Source: Callorhinchus milii (Eukaryota). Taken from it: a DNA stretch of 64,000 bases. The DNA lies in the NCBI RefSeq assembly GCF_018977255.1, contig NW_024704746.1:22134001-22198000 (forward strand), written 5' to 3'. Positions 23,833-37,990 of the stretch are shown here, piece after piece; position 1 is the stretch's first letter, and every line of letters begins with the position of its first letter. Below the pieces are notes generated by a model. The model ran no database searches. It worked only from the letters and a program-made list of their open reading frames with translations, and was not told the DNA's origin. The position numbers and the translations under genes are program-made.

Positions 23833-26800
23833 AAGAGTATCTGATGTTGGCATGAATAAAAATGAAGAAGCACCAAAATGTCCTTGTGATCAGGCCTGGA
23901 GTTAGAGCTATCTGTGTATAATATTCAACAAAAAATTGATAAGTCAACATTAATGAGGCCTTTCTTAGTATCAGGAGTTATTAATTGTCCCCATTTTCCT
24001 GCCAATTCCATTGACATTTTCCCGGCAGTTTTTCTCTTTCTTTTCTGCCTGGCACTAATGGGACGTTGCCTAATTTGTTGTAAACAGTTGTCAAGATGAT
24101 GGAAGGCAGTAGCCGTGCATGTATTTTAAAAAGCACAGGAACTGGGTCTAGATGTAAAATGGGATTCATTTTTCCTAACTGGTTCTCGTGGGAATTGGTC
24201 TGAATTGGGAGGCTCTGTGGTGTTGGTGTTGTTGGTAGTGAGGGTGAGAGTGAGGAGGGGATTTGGGAGAATTTCGAAAAACTGATGCACTGAATCCACA
24301 CTTCTGGTTAGTCCTTTCATGTTTTACCTCATTCTGAGATTCAAGTAAACCTCCTCTTAAGTGCTTAAGTGTATCTTACAAAGTATTGTTTGGGGCTTCT
24401 TCACAACTGAGAAATTACCTGGTTTCGCCCCTCCTACTTATGATAATATTTACAATCCTTAGGTTTGGTATAGTGCCTTTCACATCAGGAGGGCACCTCA
24501 AAGCACTTCACGGGGTATACGGTAAAGTGTTATCACTGGGTATATTTTGTTGGCAAATGCAGTTTTGCGCACAGTGATGTCCTTGAAGTGGATTTCTTTG
24601 ATATGAGGCGATTGAATTGCAGAGTGCAAACCCGGGTGTGCTTATGGAAGCCTTTGCCTTCCTCTCCAGGGCTTTAAACCCCAAACTTGGCATCACTCCT
24701 TGACTTATCTTGCCTTCCCTTCTCTTTCCAACGTTGGTCTATTATCCTGCACTGTGAATCACGCTCTGCCTCCATATTTCTCAATTAACGAAGAAATTTT
24801 GTTTAAAACCAAGATTTGAATAGGATTCAGAGATCCGAATCACCTAATCTTGTCCTTTAAGTTCATTGGTTTACAATTTAATATCGTGAGGAATTGGAAT
24901 TTTGGTAAATTCTGAAATGTCGTCTCGACTTAGAAACCAGTTGTTTTTCGGCAGTTCTTTCTTAAAAAAAGGCCAGCTGTTACTGCAGCACATTCTGTGA
25001 CTGGTATAGAAAGGGATATTATAACCTGAATTAGGATCATTCAAGATGAGGCACGTTGTTCCTGGAATGGTTTACTGAAGCAGGTTCATTGCCTTCCTGC
25101 TATACATTGGGCATTTCACCAACTCTGGACTATGATCATTACAACATACTTGATTGTATGCACTTCCTTGTGGGGGGGTATGGACGACAGGTTATAATAA
25201 TACAATAATAATAGTTCATATGTTTGAAATAGCATCTATAACGTTGAAACGTCTCAAAGCACTTGACAGTAATTACTGCTAAGTATAATGACTGGGTATT
25301 TTGTAGTCAAATGCACAGCCAATTTCTGCACAGCAATGTCTCACAAACAACCAGGGGGTGAATGGTCAATTTAACCAGAGGATTTTTGGCCAGGATCTCG
25401 GGTGACATTAGGAAACATTAAGCCAAGGTCCCATCTGTCTGTTCAGGTGGATGTTAAAGATCCCAGGGCACCATTCTAAAAGAGGAGAGAATTTATCCTG
25501 GTTTCCTGGCCAACATTCCCCAAATAAAAAAGGTCACTCACTCCATGGCTCTTTGTGGGAGATTGCTGTATGCAATTGTGCTGCTCACTTTGCCTACAAA
25601 GACAAAGTCACTCCATTTCAGTCATTCCTGTGAAGCGCTTTGGGACATCCTTCCGATGTGATAAAGCGTCTATCGTTGTAGTTCTGTGACTATCGTTGCT
25701 AAAAGCAGATGGATTATATTAATCCAAATATACCAAAATCAAGTACTATTATTATTACTGTTATTATCCCATTAGTTCAGGCTGGGGTTGGAGACAGGTC
25801 TCAATAGTTAATTGCTGATACACCCTACAATCCTCTTCACACTCTCTTTACAATCTGCAGGACTCATTGCGTTGGAATCATTTTGTTTTGATACTTTTGT
25901 TAAGAAGCTGATTTTGCAATAAGGAAGCCCTGTATCGGAACTTAAACTCGAACTCTGGCAATCTTGTTCCGTCAGGACCACCCTACCCATTAGGGCTTTG
26001 GCTTGCAGGGTATTTAATTAATTATTGATTGATTGAGTAATCATTGATGTAATTGACTGAAACCAGTGCGTTGAACAGGATTTGTGTATGGATTAGAATG
26101 GTGGAGCAGTTTCTCACTTGCTGACTGGAGACATACTTCTGTCCTGTCTATAGTATGTACAATATCTTTGTCAAAATCACTTAAATTTATTATTTTGTTT
26201 AAAAAAAACTTGAAATCGCTAAACTGGTGCATCCTAATGGAACTGTTTGTCCCGACAGATGTGATTACAGCGTCCTTATTGAACAAAGTTGGATAATTTA
26301 TGTCACATCAACGAATCAGAGCAATGCCCCGCTCTGTTAAATGGCACTGGCTGTAAATTAATTTACTGTTGAAGCACAAGCATTGTGGTGGCGAAAAAAA
26401 CATGACCGCCTTCACCCAACTACAACATGGTCGTCGATAACACTGCCATTTCCAATGCAAAGCCCTTTATATAGCCAATGCAAATAGCCCACGTTCTGTG
26501 TGGACAGGCTGTCTCATGTATGACCCACAGGGGAATTTTGGGGAAATTTGGTCAATTTCTTTCCCATATAATTTGACTACCACAAAGTTAATAATAGCCG
26601 AAAAGACCTTTCTAGTCTGAACCAACATCTGGAGCTGTCTATCGTTGTAGTTCTATGACTATTGTTGCTAAGAGCAGATGGATTATATTAATCCAAATTC
26701 ATAAATGTTCACAGGGCACAATCTTATTCCTCTTGAAGTCCTATAATCCTGCAGTTCTGCTCTCTTCCGAAGTTTACTCGTTTGAAAGCAATTCCTATTG

Positions 26801-29109
26801 ATTTGTCGGGAACGTATTCTCAAAGCCAAAGAACTCAATGGTGGACAGAAATTGATCATTGAGAGTAAGCGTACCTTACACTAGTGATGGACCAGAGTTG
26901 TCCGGCATTTGAGCAGAAATCACACCTAGTTTTAGCTGTAAAACCATTTGGTCTTGAACTCTAAAACAGCAGAGAATTGCAGATTATTTCTCATTGCATC
27001 TACAGCAACATAATCAAAAACATATTGTGTGATCATCACTGCTTATTGAGGATATGGTTTTATTTGGACCTCCAGAGATAGGAATAACTGATGTGCACAG
27101 GGCTTTAACAACCATTTTGCCCCACAAAATATACAGTCAATCCACTTTCCAGTATATTCCATGAAGCGCTTTGAGATGTCTCAACGACGTGATAAGGCAC
27201 TATATCAAATGCAAGTATTATTATTATTACTACGTGTTGCCACTCCTTGTGAATTCTTTACTTTGCACAGTGCTAGTGCCAGAAAGCATCATGAATTATT
27301 TCCCAAACCATATTCCCACGGCCACACGATGAGTGTTGTATTGTGTATAAGGCACTCATCAATACTGTAGATGCTGCCATGTAATGGGTATAATGCAGAA
27401 CTGTTGTATGCTTCAGACAGACTCTCTTTCGCAGACGGTCTCTTTCCTGAGTTGACCCCACCAAGACATAATTGTGCAACCGGGTGTAGACTCTTAAATG
27501 CTGCCTTTGGGAGCCAGAGACAAAAGCGTGTTATAAAATCCATTCACATGGCAATAAATTTACAATGTCAAAATGCCAAATGTCAGCTCATTCAGACGTG
27601 GTAATTTCTTGCTGCGGTGTAATTTCGCTCAGAGTTTAAAATAGCTTTTCGCTGCAATTTACTGAGGTTTCTCACCAGCCTCTCCTGGAAGTTTTGACAT
27701 TGCAATTGGGGTTTTTTTTATATAAAAGAAAGCATATTTTGCTTTCACGCAAAGCGAAGATATTCAATGACTTCCGGGTAAATTTAATGGAGGCAGAGTT
27801 AGACAGGTGCGAGAGAGCCTTAAACAAAGCATGTTTTATCAGACCCAGTATAAGCACAAGTAATGTTGCAGTGAGTGACATACAGAGAGAGGGTTTTAAT
27901 TTGTCTCTTTGTAAGAAAGGCTATATCCTGTGTGATATCAGAGGTCATGTTATATTGGGGGCTGCATTATCTGGTTAAGTGATTGATGGGGGAAGGGATA
28001 CAGTAAAAATGTCATGGACCACCTCCACTTTTATTGCCGTTCATTCAATGATGAGAGAGAAATGTGCCTCGATAGAGGATTTATCAGAGGGAGCTTTTTC
28101 AATGCATTTTTCCCTCCAAATACTTAAAATGCTCCTTAACTATCACCACGCCACTTCACTGCACTTTACAGACCTGATAGAGACATCTCGCCAGTGGCAA
28201 TATCTCATTAACAGACTTGTTATAATACTTCCCATTGACATTGTACCTTCAGATAAAAGCAAAGATGTCCACAGTATATCAAATGAAGTAGTTAATTTGA
28301 GAGCGACAGACAGACAGGCACGCAGGCAGACAGACAGCCAGACAGACAGACAAGGGTTTAAGAAACATTATAAAGCCATGGAATTTTACTCAACTATGGT
28401 GAGTACAAAGTACAAGGCTTTTATTGACTAATTGGTGACAATTTGATTTTATAAAGTGTATTCCTACAGAAAGCCTTTCACTTGTCAAAGTATATGCATA
28501 GCTTCTGCAACGTGCAGACTGCCAGGTGTTAAAACATATCAGAGATTCATTAAGACAGGATTAAGTTAAATAGATAGAGATTTATTAATCCAATCAGGTG
28601 CAGCGTAGCACTGGAATGAACAATGCCAAGAGATTGATCCAAATTCAGCACGGATCAATGATGTCATTGCAAGGTGCTTTTGAAAGAATAATCTTAAAGG
28701 GGATTAAAGTAGATGCAGATTGTTAATGTGATAAACTGTCTTCCCCGTTATACTTCATTGCTCTTTAGGTTTCAGATGCCAAATAGGATTTGGGATCAGA
28801 GAGTTAGTCGAGCAGAAAACATGTCCAGGTCATCAGTATTTTTGGAGGAGTTCCCATTTCCAACCGAGCGTTCGAAACGCAATCTGGCGATGCTCCAGCA
28901 AAGCTCTTGTATGACTTTGTGGGTTAGTCTCTCATTAGCCTACAAAAAAAAAGGGTTTGAAGCATGAAAAGACCAGAGCGGAGAAAATATATCCATCCCT
29001 TCGCAATAACGTGCTGATTGAAAACCTCTCACTTAAGAATTCTCACTCAGATATCGTCGCTTTGTTTCCCGTGATGACTTATTTTTGGAGTTCCTCTTTC
29101 CATTGCAAC

Positions 29110-29312
29110 AACAACCACCTGTGGAACAGGATCCCTCGGGATTCCTTCAAACACGGATTAGATAGTTTTATTTTAGGAAATAACATTATGGGATATAGTA
29201 CACAGGTAGCTTGGGACATATGTGCAGGCGACTGCCAGGAAGGTGGAAGGCAAACTAGATGGACCTTGGGTCTACTTTTACGCCTAGTGTTTTTTATGTG
29301 TTTACGTTCTAA
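29110..29312 (+). mobile_element. CR1-like LINE 3' end; same family also at 1-120
   Basis: LWNRIP..SFKHGLDSFI..NNIMGY, then GACTGCCAGG..GGTGGAAG..TAGATGGACCTT, which recurs at 52-85. Confidence 0.72.
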
Positions 29313-30289
29313 CAACTTGGGTTTGTGTAGCTCCCTTCACACAGGGCAGCATCTTGGAGGACACTTCCACTTCCACACGGCATCTGCTGTCGTTAGCGTC
29401 ACTACCCTGGGCTGGCTTTGGGGCACAAGGAGGGGAGTAGGTCTCTGTAAGGCCTAGCTCCTTCTGAGTGCTGCCTCCCTCACCCTCACTCCACTTGCCC
29501 CGAGGATAAGAAGGAAGAGGTGTGTTGGGAGCGAAACGCTGGTTGCAGATGACCACATGTGGGTACGATATGCATAAGCGTCATGTGCGTCTGTTTCACG
29601 TTCTTAATTACGTTTGTCTTTCGGCGAGTCTGAGATGGGAGGAAAAATGGGGGCACACACACGCTTCCCTTCAGGAGCGGCCAGCAAGTGATTAGGAGCA
29701 GCGAGCTCTCGCGTATTTTGTCCCTCTCCCTGACCTTGCTCACTAAGGTCAGTAGCAGAGCGTGCAGTTACCACCTGGTCAAGATCAGCCAACTCAGCAC
29801 AGACTGACAATTGAGCCTGGAATCTCCCACAACATGGGCCGGCTTAGCTAGTCACAGACTAAACCGGCTAAACAAGAGGAGAAAGATGATTGTTCCATCG
29901 GGAGCTTAAGGCAGTACTGATTCAGCGAGCATAATTCAACTGATTGAACAGTGAGTAGCGAGGATACAGTTAGCACAGCTGGCTTGGAGGAGTTACTGAG
30001 ACTGACAGTGTAAGAGAGCTGAATTAATATGTAGAGTTGAAGCTCAAACAGCACTGGGTCACTGAGTATATATTTTCGGATGTTAATTTGCCCTCCACCA
30101 CAGTGGGCTTAGACTGCGTACAACTGTACACTTTAATGACCATTGCTCAAGGGAGCAGGTTGCAGATAAGCAAAATTGGAGTGAGGGCTGAGACAAAGAG
30201 AAAGAGACAGTGTTGAAATTCTTCAGAATGTTTCCACTTCTCAACTGCAATTATTTCTCAATCAGGTTACAGGAATGAAAAGATTATTG

Positions 30290-30615
30290 TTAATATTCCT
30301 TGCATCTGATGTTGCGTCTTATCAGGTCAAAACATCTCGAAGCGCGTGTGGCTACATTGACGTAGAGCAGCGGATGACCAATATTTTATCTTGGGGACTG
30401 TTCGCCAGGACACCTGGGGAAACTTTTGAGTAGCGCCACAGGATCTTTGACTTCGCCCCAAACAGGCAGGCGAGACCTTGGGTTAAAGTCTCGTCCAAAG
30501 GACGGCACCTTCAACAATGCAGAGCTACGCAATCATGCTATTGGAGCCTCAGCCAAGACTGTGAGCTCATGGTCCTGACATGGGGCTTGAACCCACAACC
30601 TTCTGACTCCAGGGC
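30290..30615 (-). mobile_element. Diverged near full-length head-B DeuSINE
   Basis: TCCTTGCATCTGATG...GGGCTTGAACCCACAACCTTCTGACTC. Confidence 0.75.
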
Positions 30616-33149
30616 AATAATTCAGTAGGAGCACACTGTATCAGTGACTGGAAATGGACTGGCTGTTAGCCACAGTATTGAGACTCAAGAGTTGGCACAA
30701 AAGAAAGCCAAAAACCAAACTGAACCACTCCATGAATGTCACAATATTTCAAAGAAAACACAGCCGTGGTGGAAAGGTTTGAAGGAATTAATCTAATCTC
30801 TGGGTTCAGGATGGTAGTTGTAAACTTCTAAAACATCTATGTCATCATTTGTGCCCCTTAATGGGAATTAAAGCCTTGTAAATACTTTCAAGTTCTTTGT
30901 TGCTCTCTATAAACCATCTGAAAGCCCTCGGTGAGATAATTGTGCTCTAATCTGTCCCAAATATCCAATATTCTTGAGTTAATGTACACAGGATTTGCAA
31001 TTGCCCCATAACCCGCAGTGGAAAAAGCCCTCGTGTGTCGTTACTGTCCCTATCGCATGGTCTATTGGCGCTTCAAGGGAATCCTTTGTGAAATATTGCC
31101 GCATGCTGTTGATGGCCCAGGTATCAACGCAGGGGGCAAATTCTCAAAGCAAAGTATGGAACATCCCCTGAGCGCCACATAGGTACATTATCACAGGATA
31201 GAATTTTACAGCTCTGAGGGGGTCTATTTGCCACATTGTGCCTGTGCAGGTTCTCTGAAAGAGCTATTCATTTTGTTTGTCGTTGTCCTGTCCCTTTGCT
31301 TTTTTCCTTTCCAATATACATCCAGTTCCCTCTCAAAAGGTAACGTGGATTGTGCTTCAAACACTGCTTTTAGTAAAGGCCTAAGAATTATACAGGACAA
31401 ATCTTGGATTCAGAATCTGATGATAAATGTCTTGGAAATCAGTAGTCTATGACATGGCAGATTGCTGGGTTCTTCGCTGGCTTGTGCAGAGTGGGATGAA
31501 GCCTTCTGCTAATCGACTGCAGGATATAGCTTTGCATCCTGTGAGGTCCGACCCCCACGTTGCTAAGCCGTTATTTTTTTTAAAAAAACCCAAACCACGG
31601 AGCCTTAAAATTGAACCAGATCAGATGCCTTGATGGTGGTTTAACAGCAATGTTGTGTAAACCACTCAATCTGAATGCTGCCTCGTCATCTATAGCCAGA
31701 CAGCCATTGTCTTCAACGCAGTATAGTGCATCGCCGTATACTCCACCATATATACAACTGAAGAGGCTCAAAAATTGTGATCAACTGTGTAGCCTGTGTT
31801 TGGTTCACACCAAACTAATTTTGGCTGAACTCTTAGTGACTGTGGCCTAACCTCTTCCCTATCCATTCTATGCTGTTACTTAAGAGAGTCTCAATCTCCC
31901 GGTCAGTGTCCTCGGCAACAATCCCCCCCCAGATATAATCACTCATTCGCATCATGGCTGTTTGTGGGACATTGCAAATTGCTTTACTCCGCTTTACTGT
32001 AAATCCAGTGAAGCACTTTTCAGACCACTTCCTGATGTGAAAGGAGCTCCATGAAACGCAGGAATTATTATTTTTTTATTATTTATTATTATTATTATTA
32101 TTTTTTCTAATTCACGGTGAACCGATGGACACTCAAAGAGGCAGACACTCAGTACGTGATAGCGAACATGACTTTGTGTAATCTGAGCTTAAGTGTGGTG
32201 AACTGTGTAATCGGAGTAGGAAAGAAAAGGCACTAGTTTAAGACGAATTTAGGTGCTGTGTGGGGATAATAAACACCTAAACAGCATGGACAAAGACAGA
32301 AAACGGTTTTGATGCATTTCTCTGCATTCACTGACGGGAAATATTCATGCCTGGGCTCATTTAAATAGACCTGGCGAGAGGAGGGGAAAAAATGCTTTAA
32401 ACATAGGATGCGAACAAGATATGATTAATTAGTTGACACAGTCAAAAGTGCAGCCAAGGGTTACGGTTTCACAGGGAGAATGGAGGCCGTACAGAGGTAA
32501 AGTTCTCCTTGCGCATGCACAGACACACACTCAGCAGAAAATACTCGGTACATGATAGGGGCTGGGGATTTACCAGGCTGAATCCAGTTACACCGTTTGG
32601 ATCAGATGATCATACAATTTAGATTAGGCGCATACTCTTTCAGTTTTTTTTGGGGGGGTAATGTTAATTAAAAACTCTTAATTTGTCAGTCGCTTTAGCC
32701 TGCAGTAAAAGCCTTAGTCGATAAAGTCACCATAAATTGCCTGGAGGTAGGGATGATAGCAGTAGATTTCCTGTTGGGAACAGCTGTGTGTGCTGCAGAC
32801 TTGAAAGAATTGCTTAACTAGTGCAAAATTTAAAGGAGCGGTTTGCTCTTTCTCTCTCTCTCTCTCTGTGAAATGCGTGCGCCTGATAGTTTTTCATCCC
32901 TCCAGACTTTGTCTGTGTTGATGTGCTCTTTCGCTGTAATGTCAGCTTTGTTCACACAACCTCTCAACGCCTTGCGCTGTCAGGAGCAGAAATGTCACGC
33001 GCGCTGTGCTGAATCATTATTGCAAATCGAGACTGTGAGTCACAGGAAAGTAAACGGCGGGGGATGATCGATAGGCTTAAAGTGGCAATGTTACGGTCAA
33101 GTCAGGGACAGGCAGCACGCTCTTGCACTTTGTTCTGCCCAGGCGCGGG

Positions 33150-33595
33150 TGGTAATCACATGCCAATGTTACCACCTCAGGCCTCAGCGCGATCACCGAG
33201 TGGTCCTCGCGACAGGTAGTCGAAACAGTTCGAAAAGGGGGAGAGGGTAGACCCGATCGGGAGTTACCCTGTGGAGACGGCCAGCTACATCTGGCAAATC
33301 GCCTCGTCCCCGGCCCCTGACCAACAACCATCAGGACATGGCCTGGCTGGCGATAAAAGGGGCCCAATTCCCCCCACTCGGGGCTTTCATACACGGTCAA
33401 AATCTGGGCCGGTCAGCACACTCCCTTGGGCCGGCTGCAAAGGCCAGGAGACTGTGGACCACCTCCTTCTAGAGGTTTGAGACCCGAAGGCCATTTGGAA
33501 AAAGATGGAATGGATTCTCTCGCGGTTCGTCCCTGGGGATCCGCTGTCACGGCACTCGGTGCTGCACGGCCTCTTCCCGGGCACTCACAGAGATA
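33150..33595 (+). mobile_element. Tx1-clade (L1 superfamily) LINE ORF2 C-terminal remnant, frameshifted
   Basis: Across frames: ...VDPIGSYPVETASYIWQIASSP / LTNNHQDMAWLAIKGA / AFIHGQNLGRSAH / PWAGCKGQETVDHLLLE / AIWKKMEWILSRFVPGDPLSRHSVLHGLFPGTH. This resembles the zinc-knuckle (zf-RVT-like) C-terminus of Tx1 ORF2. Truncated by a SINE at ~33595. Confidence 0.8.
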
Positions 33596-34494
33596 CCCTC
33601 AGCTCGGTAAGGAGTGCACTGCCAGAGGTGCCATCTTTCAGATCAAGGTGATAAACCGAGGTCCCGCCTGTCTGTTCAGGTGGACACTAAAGATCCCTTG
33701 AAAAGAGAGGGTGTTTCTTCCAGTGTCCTGGCCAACAATCCCACAGATAAAACTTGTCATTCACTGCGTGGCTGTTTGTGGGACATTGGCTGTGCGTAAA
33801 TTGGCTGCCACACTCGCCTACAAAATACAGTCACTACGCGTTACAGTGTATCGCGTGAAGCACTTTGAGATGTCTCTATGACATGATAAGGTGCTACTTC
33901 GAACACAAGGATTATTAACCAATAGTGTTTGCAAACCAAACTAGATCCCATTGAAGAATAAAGCGTGTCTACCTCTACCTGAGAGGCAGTGTCTGACAAT
34001 GCCATAGCCAGGTATCTCCCTGCATCTCCCCCTTCACACGCACATATACTTACACCAAGACTTGCCCTCCCCACTCTGATAGAGCTCTGCATGTTCAACC
34101 CTAACTATATCCCTGTCAGATCTGTTGTCAGTGACGGCATTGTTTAAGTGTCCAGCAATCCCCACGTGATTGCTTACCCAGCTGGACCCCATAGAATGTG
34201 ATGGCACCGGATTAGCTGAATAGCACAGGGACAGTATGTCAAGTCTAATTAAATGATCAGATGCAATTATTTTTCCATAGTTATTTTTCTTGGGTTTTGT
34301 CTTCAAAAGGGGATTAGTTAGCGTTTAAGAGTGAAAACCGCCATCGCCGTGTCTTTGGTCATCTTAAGAGTGAGGTTCTCAGCGTTTGCATCTTTTTTGA
34401 AATAAAAGGACAATCTACTCGCTATAAATCCTTTCTAACCAACGGAGGTGGCCACAGCAGACGAGACCCCACGAGTGATTGCTATCCAGTCACT

Positions 34495-34720
34495 CTGTGG
34501 CATTGTGTGTGAATGTTTGTGTGTTTTGGGGGTCTGTGTCTGCATGTTTGTAACTGTGTGCGTATGTGTGTGTGTAATGTGCATGTATGTGTAAGCGAGT
34601 GTTCGCATTTGCATTCGTACATTTCTATGTATTCATGTGTGTGAATATGTCTGGGCGCGCATGTGCGCACCTGTACGTGTCTGCACACGTAAGTGTCTTT
34701 GTGTGCGTGTGTGCGTGTGT
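34495..34720. repeat. Degenerate (GT)n microsatellite; shorter (GT)n/(GA)n at 16605-16670, 36728-36752, 53507-53525, 56620-56655
   Basis: Direct inspection. Confidence 0.9.
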
Positions 34721-34774
34721 TAGAGCATCTATCTAAACTTGTCCCCTTAAGCCAGGCACCAGTTGGTATCATCA

Positions 34775-35120
34775 GGAGAGTCAGGGATCTGCACCCGAGC
34801 TGGTAGTTGAGACCAGGAGAGGTGGAGGACAGGGAGGGTAGGGTTGAGTGTGACTGAAGGCACGATCAAAGAGGAAGGTCTTGAGAAGGGACTTAAAGGA
34901 GGCAAAGGAGGGAGCGAGGCGGAGGGAGTGTGGGATGGAGTTCCAGAGGGTGGGGGCAGAGAGGCTATAGGGGCGCCCACCAATGGTGGGTCGGGTGAGG
35001 CAGGGACATGAATCAGGCCGGAGCCCGCCGAGCGGAGGGAGCGGACAGGTTGGAAGGGGCTTAGGAGGTCGCAGAGGTAGGGAGGAGCAAGGCCGTGGAG
35101 GGCTTTGTAGGGTCAAGAAC
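34775..35120 (-). mobile_element. L2 LINE 3' remnant (end of ORF2 plus 3' UTR)
   Basis: Minus frame ...RPTIGGRPYSLSAPTLWNSIPHSLRLAPSFASFKSLLKTFLFDRAF, the typical L2 ORF2 C-terminus. Confidence 0.88.
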
Positions 35121-35609
35121 CCAAAGGTATGTGAGCGCGGCTGGAGTGCGTGTCTTGCACACGCTTCCACTCAGCAACTCTTATCCCTTGTTCCTGAGAT
35201 GAAGTCATCGTCATTTACTGTTGGGCAGAAATATTTCCAGGAATCAGCCTGAAAAGGCCGGACGTCAATGACAAAGTTAGTGACGAAAGTGATTCTATGT
35301 ATCCACTTATCCGCTTTGTTCCTAACCAACGTTGGGAATCCTAGCAGTCCTTGTGCAGCTATTTTACATTTGCTTCCTGTTGTGCAAAACTAGCACCACC
35401 CTTCTCGTTATAAAATCTGTTGCCATATAACTTATAGTCAGAATGTGACCATCGTTTCCCTTAATCCCTTTGGGTAAGTCCTTATTCACTTTATAATAAT
35501 AATAATAATCCTTGCATTTGATATCGCGCCTTATCACATCTTCGAGACGTCTCAAAGCGCTTCACAGGATATACTATAAAGTAAATTGACTGTATATTGT
35601 GTGTGTAGA

Positions 35610-35795
35610 GTGATAGAGCACAGAAACAGACCATTTGACCCAACTATTCTGTGCCCGTGTTTATACTCCACCCAAGTCCACAGCATTCCTATTCCTCTCT
35701 CCTATACCCTTCTGTTACCCTTGTTTACACATCAAGTTTCCTCTTGAATATATCGATGCTTTTGGTTTCAACCACAGCTTCTGCCAGCGAGATTC
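35610..35795 (-). mobile_element. CR1-like LINE 3' end; similar remnants at ~15862-15960, 31190-31380 and 45600-45860 (all minus)
   Basis: GCACAGAAACAGACCATTTGACCCAAC...TTCAACCACAGCTTCTGCCAGCGAGATTC is a typical reverse CR1 terminus. The 45724-45933 ORF retains ..FKKEQDALL..IRG. Confidence 0.6.
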
Positions 35796-37639
35796 AGTGG
35801 AAACAGCAACTCCTAAACTCCCTATTGGACCTACTATTCACTGTCTTATAGTTAGTTCCTGCCGTGCGACAATCTGGGTTCCTGCTATCCCTGGATCCCG
35901 TGTGTCTTTTGCGGGAATTTCCAGGATTCAGTGTGCAGTTCAAAAGGATTGTAAGACTCCCAGCGCCCACACTGCAATGTTTACACACATGGTGGGCCGT
36001 AGAACAGGAAAAGTGGGGGCACAGCAACTCTGAAAGAACAGCAGGAAGTGCAGGAAATCCACAGCGATAAATGAAGGAGAAAGAGGTTGACTTTGTTTAG
36101 GACACGACTTTTTATCAGGACTCTAGTGCCTCTACTCACTGGGTAAATTAATAATATGATAGTAATCCTTGCATTTGATATCGCGCCTCATCACGTCTTT
36201 GAAACGTCTCAAGGTGCTTCACAGGACACACTGTAAAGTGAAGTGACTGTGTGTTTTGTGGGCGAAACGCAGCACTGTGTGTGATGTTGAACCAGAAGGC
36301 CCCCAGGTCCTGCTGTGTGCTGAGTGAGCTGAATCTCTGCTGAGATAGCAGTGAAATTGCCGTAATTGGGCCCATATCTCCAGGTTGGGGGGGAATCATG
36401 CTTACAGTTGTGGGGGAGCTCAAAGGTCGACTGAGAGTTTACACACTCAGCACGCATCAATCAGCACTCCCAAGTCAACACCGTTAAAAAGTGCTAAATC
36501 TATGCTTTTTGCCTCTCCTGCTTGCTTTCCTCCCCCTCCCTCCCTCCCTCCCCTGGGGTGGGGTGAGGTGGGGGGGTAGCGTTCCCATGTGTGAATCCAG
36601 TGAAACACAGGAAAGGTTTCATGTTTTAATATATGGGAAACAATACGCTAGTCGGCATCAGCTTTGTCTCAAGCTCCCATGGGTGACACGGTAACCACAA
36701 GATCTTCACGCACAGCAATTTCAATAGGAGAGAGAGAGAGAGAGAGAGAGAGAAAAAAGAGCCTTTTTGGACGCAGGCCAAGGTCCTGTGCTATCTGCAG
36801 CTCTAAGTTGCGCCAGACACTTTCTTTTCTGTCGGTAGAATAATGCCAACTCTGTGCATTGGCTTTAACCCTTGCCGGCCCGCCGAGGGAAAGGGAACTT
36901 ATACCATCAACACAACAAGTGCAGGCGGTGGCACTTTAAGGGCATGTCAATTTCCAGCAAGGGGACTTTTGAGGATTCCTGTAAAAGGCCAATTTAGCTC
37001 TGAATGGCTTATTCAATCAGCCTTGTACATTGTATGAGAAAAAGAAAGCAGCGCATTCACTGATCCCGCACCAGGGACTATTTATAGGGCGTCAATTTAA
37101 ACAGCGCATTTTATTTAATGTTACTAGGTTCTTCTTTACCACGGGTTTGGATTTCTGTTTCGTGTGGGATGTATTTCTGAGCTCAGGGGAGACGTCATTT
37201 GCTTGTACACAGTGGGTGCTGCTTTGCAATGGCATGAGAATTCTTTTTGAAAAGCCCTGGGATCCTGCACAGAACTGCAATACGTAGCACTTTGCGCTCG
37301 CGCTCCTAGAAAATAACTTTGTTTGGAACAAGTAAATGACTAGGAGACACTACAGGGATGGAGTTCCCTGTCGTGTGTGTGTTTGCGTATGTCTGCGTAC
37401 AAATCGTACACTTTGCAAACTAGAGGCCCCAAATTCCACCGAGTCTTAAGCCTGTAAAACCATTCTGTCTTAAAATGTACGATCGAGCAGGATGGTGGAA
37501 GTTTCTTAAAAAGTCAGATTTAATTTGGAAGCAATTTCTGCCATTCTTTTCACAAGAAACAGGCTCCCAAATCAAAACTGTGGGGAAGTGGAGGATTTTC
37601 CACAATTCTACGCCATCTTACATTTTAAATTAAATCCGG

Positions 37640-37990
37640 GGTGTCAGCCTGGCTCCGTTCCTGGCACTCTTGCCCCTGAGTCAGAACGTTGTGGGTTTAA
37701 GACCCACGTTGGGACTTTAAACTCAACCGTCTCTGATGATGTTTCAATGCAGTGCTGGTGGACGCGCTGCCTTGTCAGCGGTGCAGTCCTTTGGTTCAGA
37801 CGTTAAACCGAGGTCCTTTGTGCCTGTTCAGGTGAACGTTAAAGATCCCACAGCACTATTCGAAAAGAGAAGGGAATTTCTCCCAGTGTCCCGGTTGACT
37901 ATTTATCCTTCGGATAAAATTGGTCATTCACTTCATTGCTATATGTGGGACATTGGTTGTCTACAATTGGCTGCTGGATTCATCTGCCTA
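37640..37990 (+). mobile_element. Head-B DeuSINE lacking its tail
   Basis: CAGCCTGGCTCCGTT...CTGAGTCAGAACGTTGTGGGTTTAAG...GTTAAAGATCCCACAGCACTATTCGAAAAGAGA...TGTGGGACATTGG. Confidence 0.8.
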
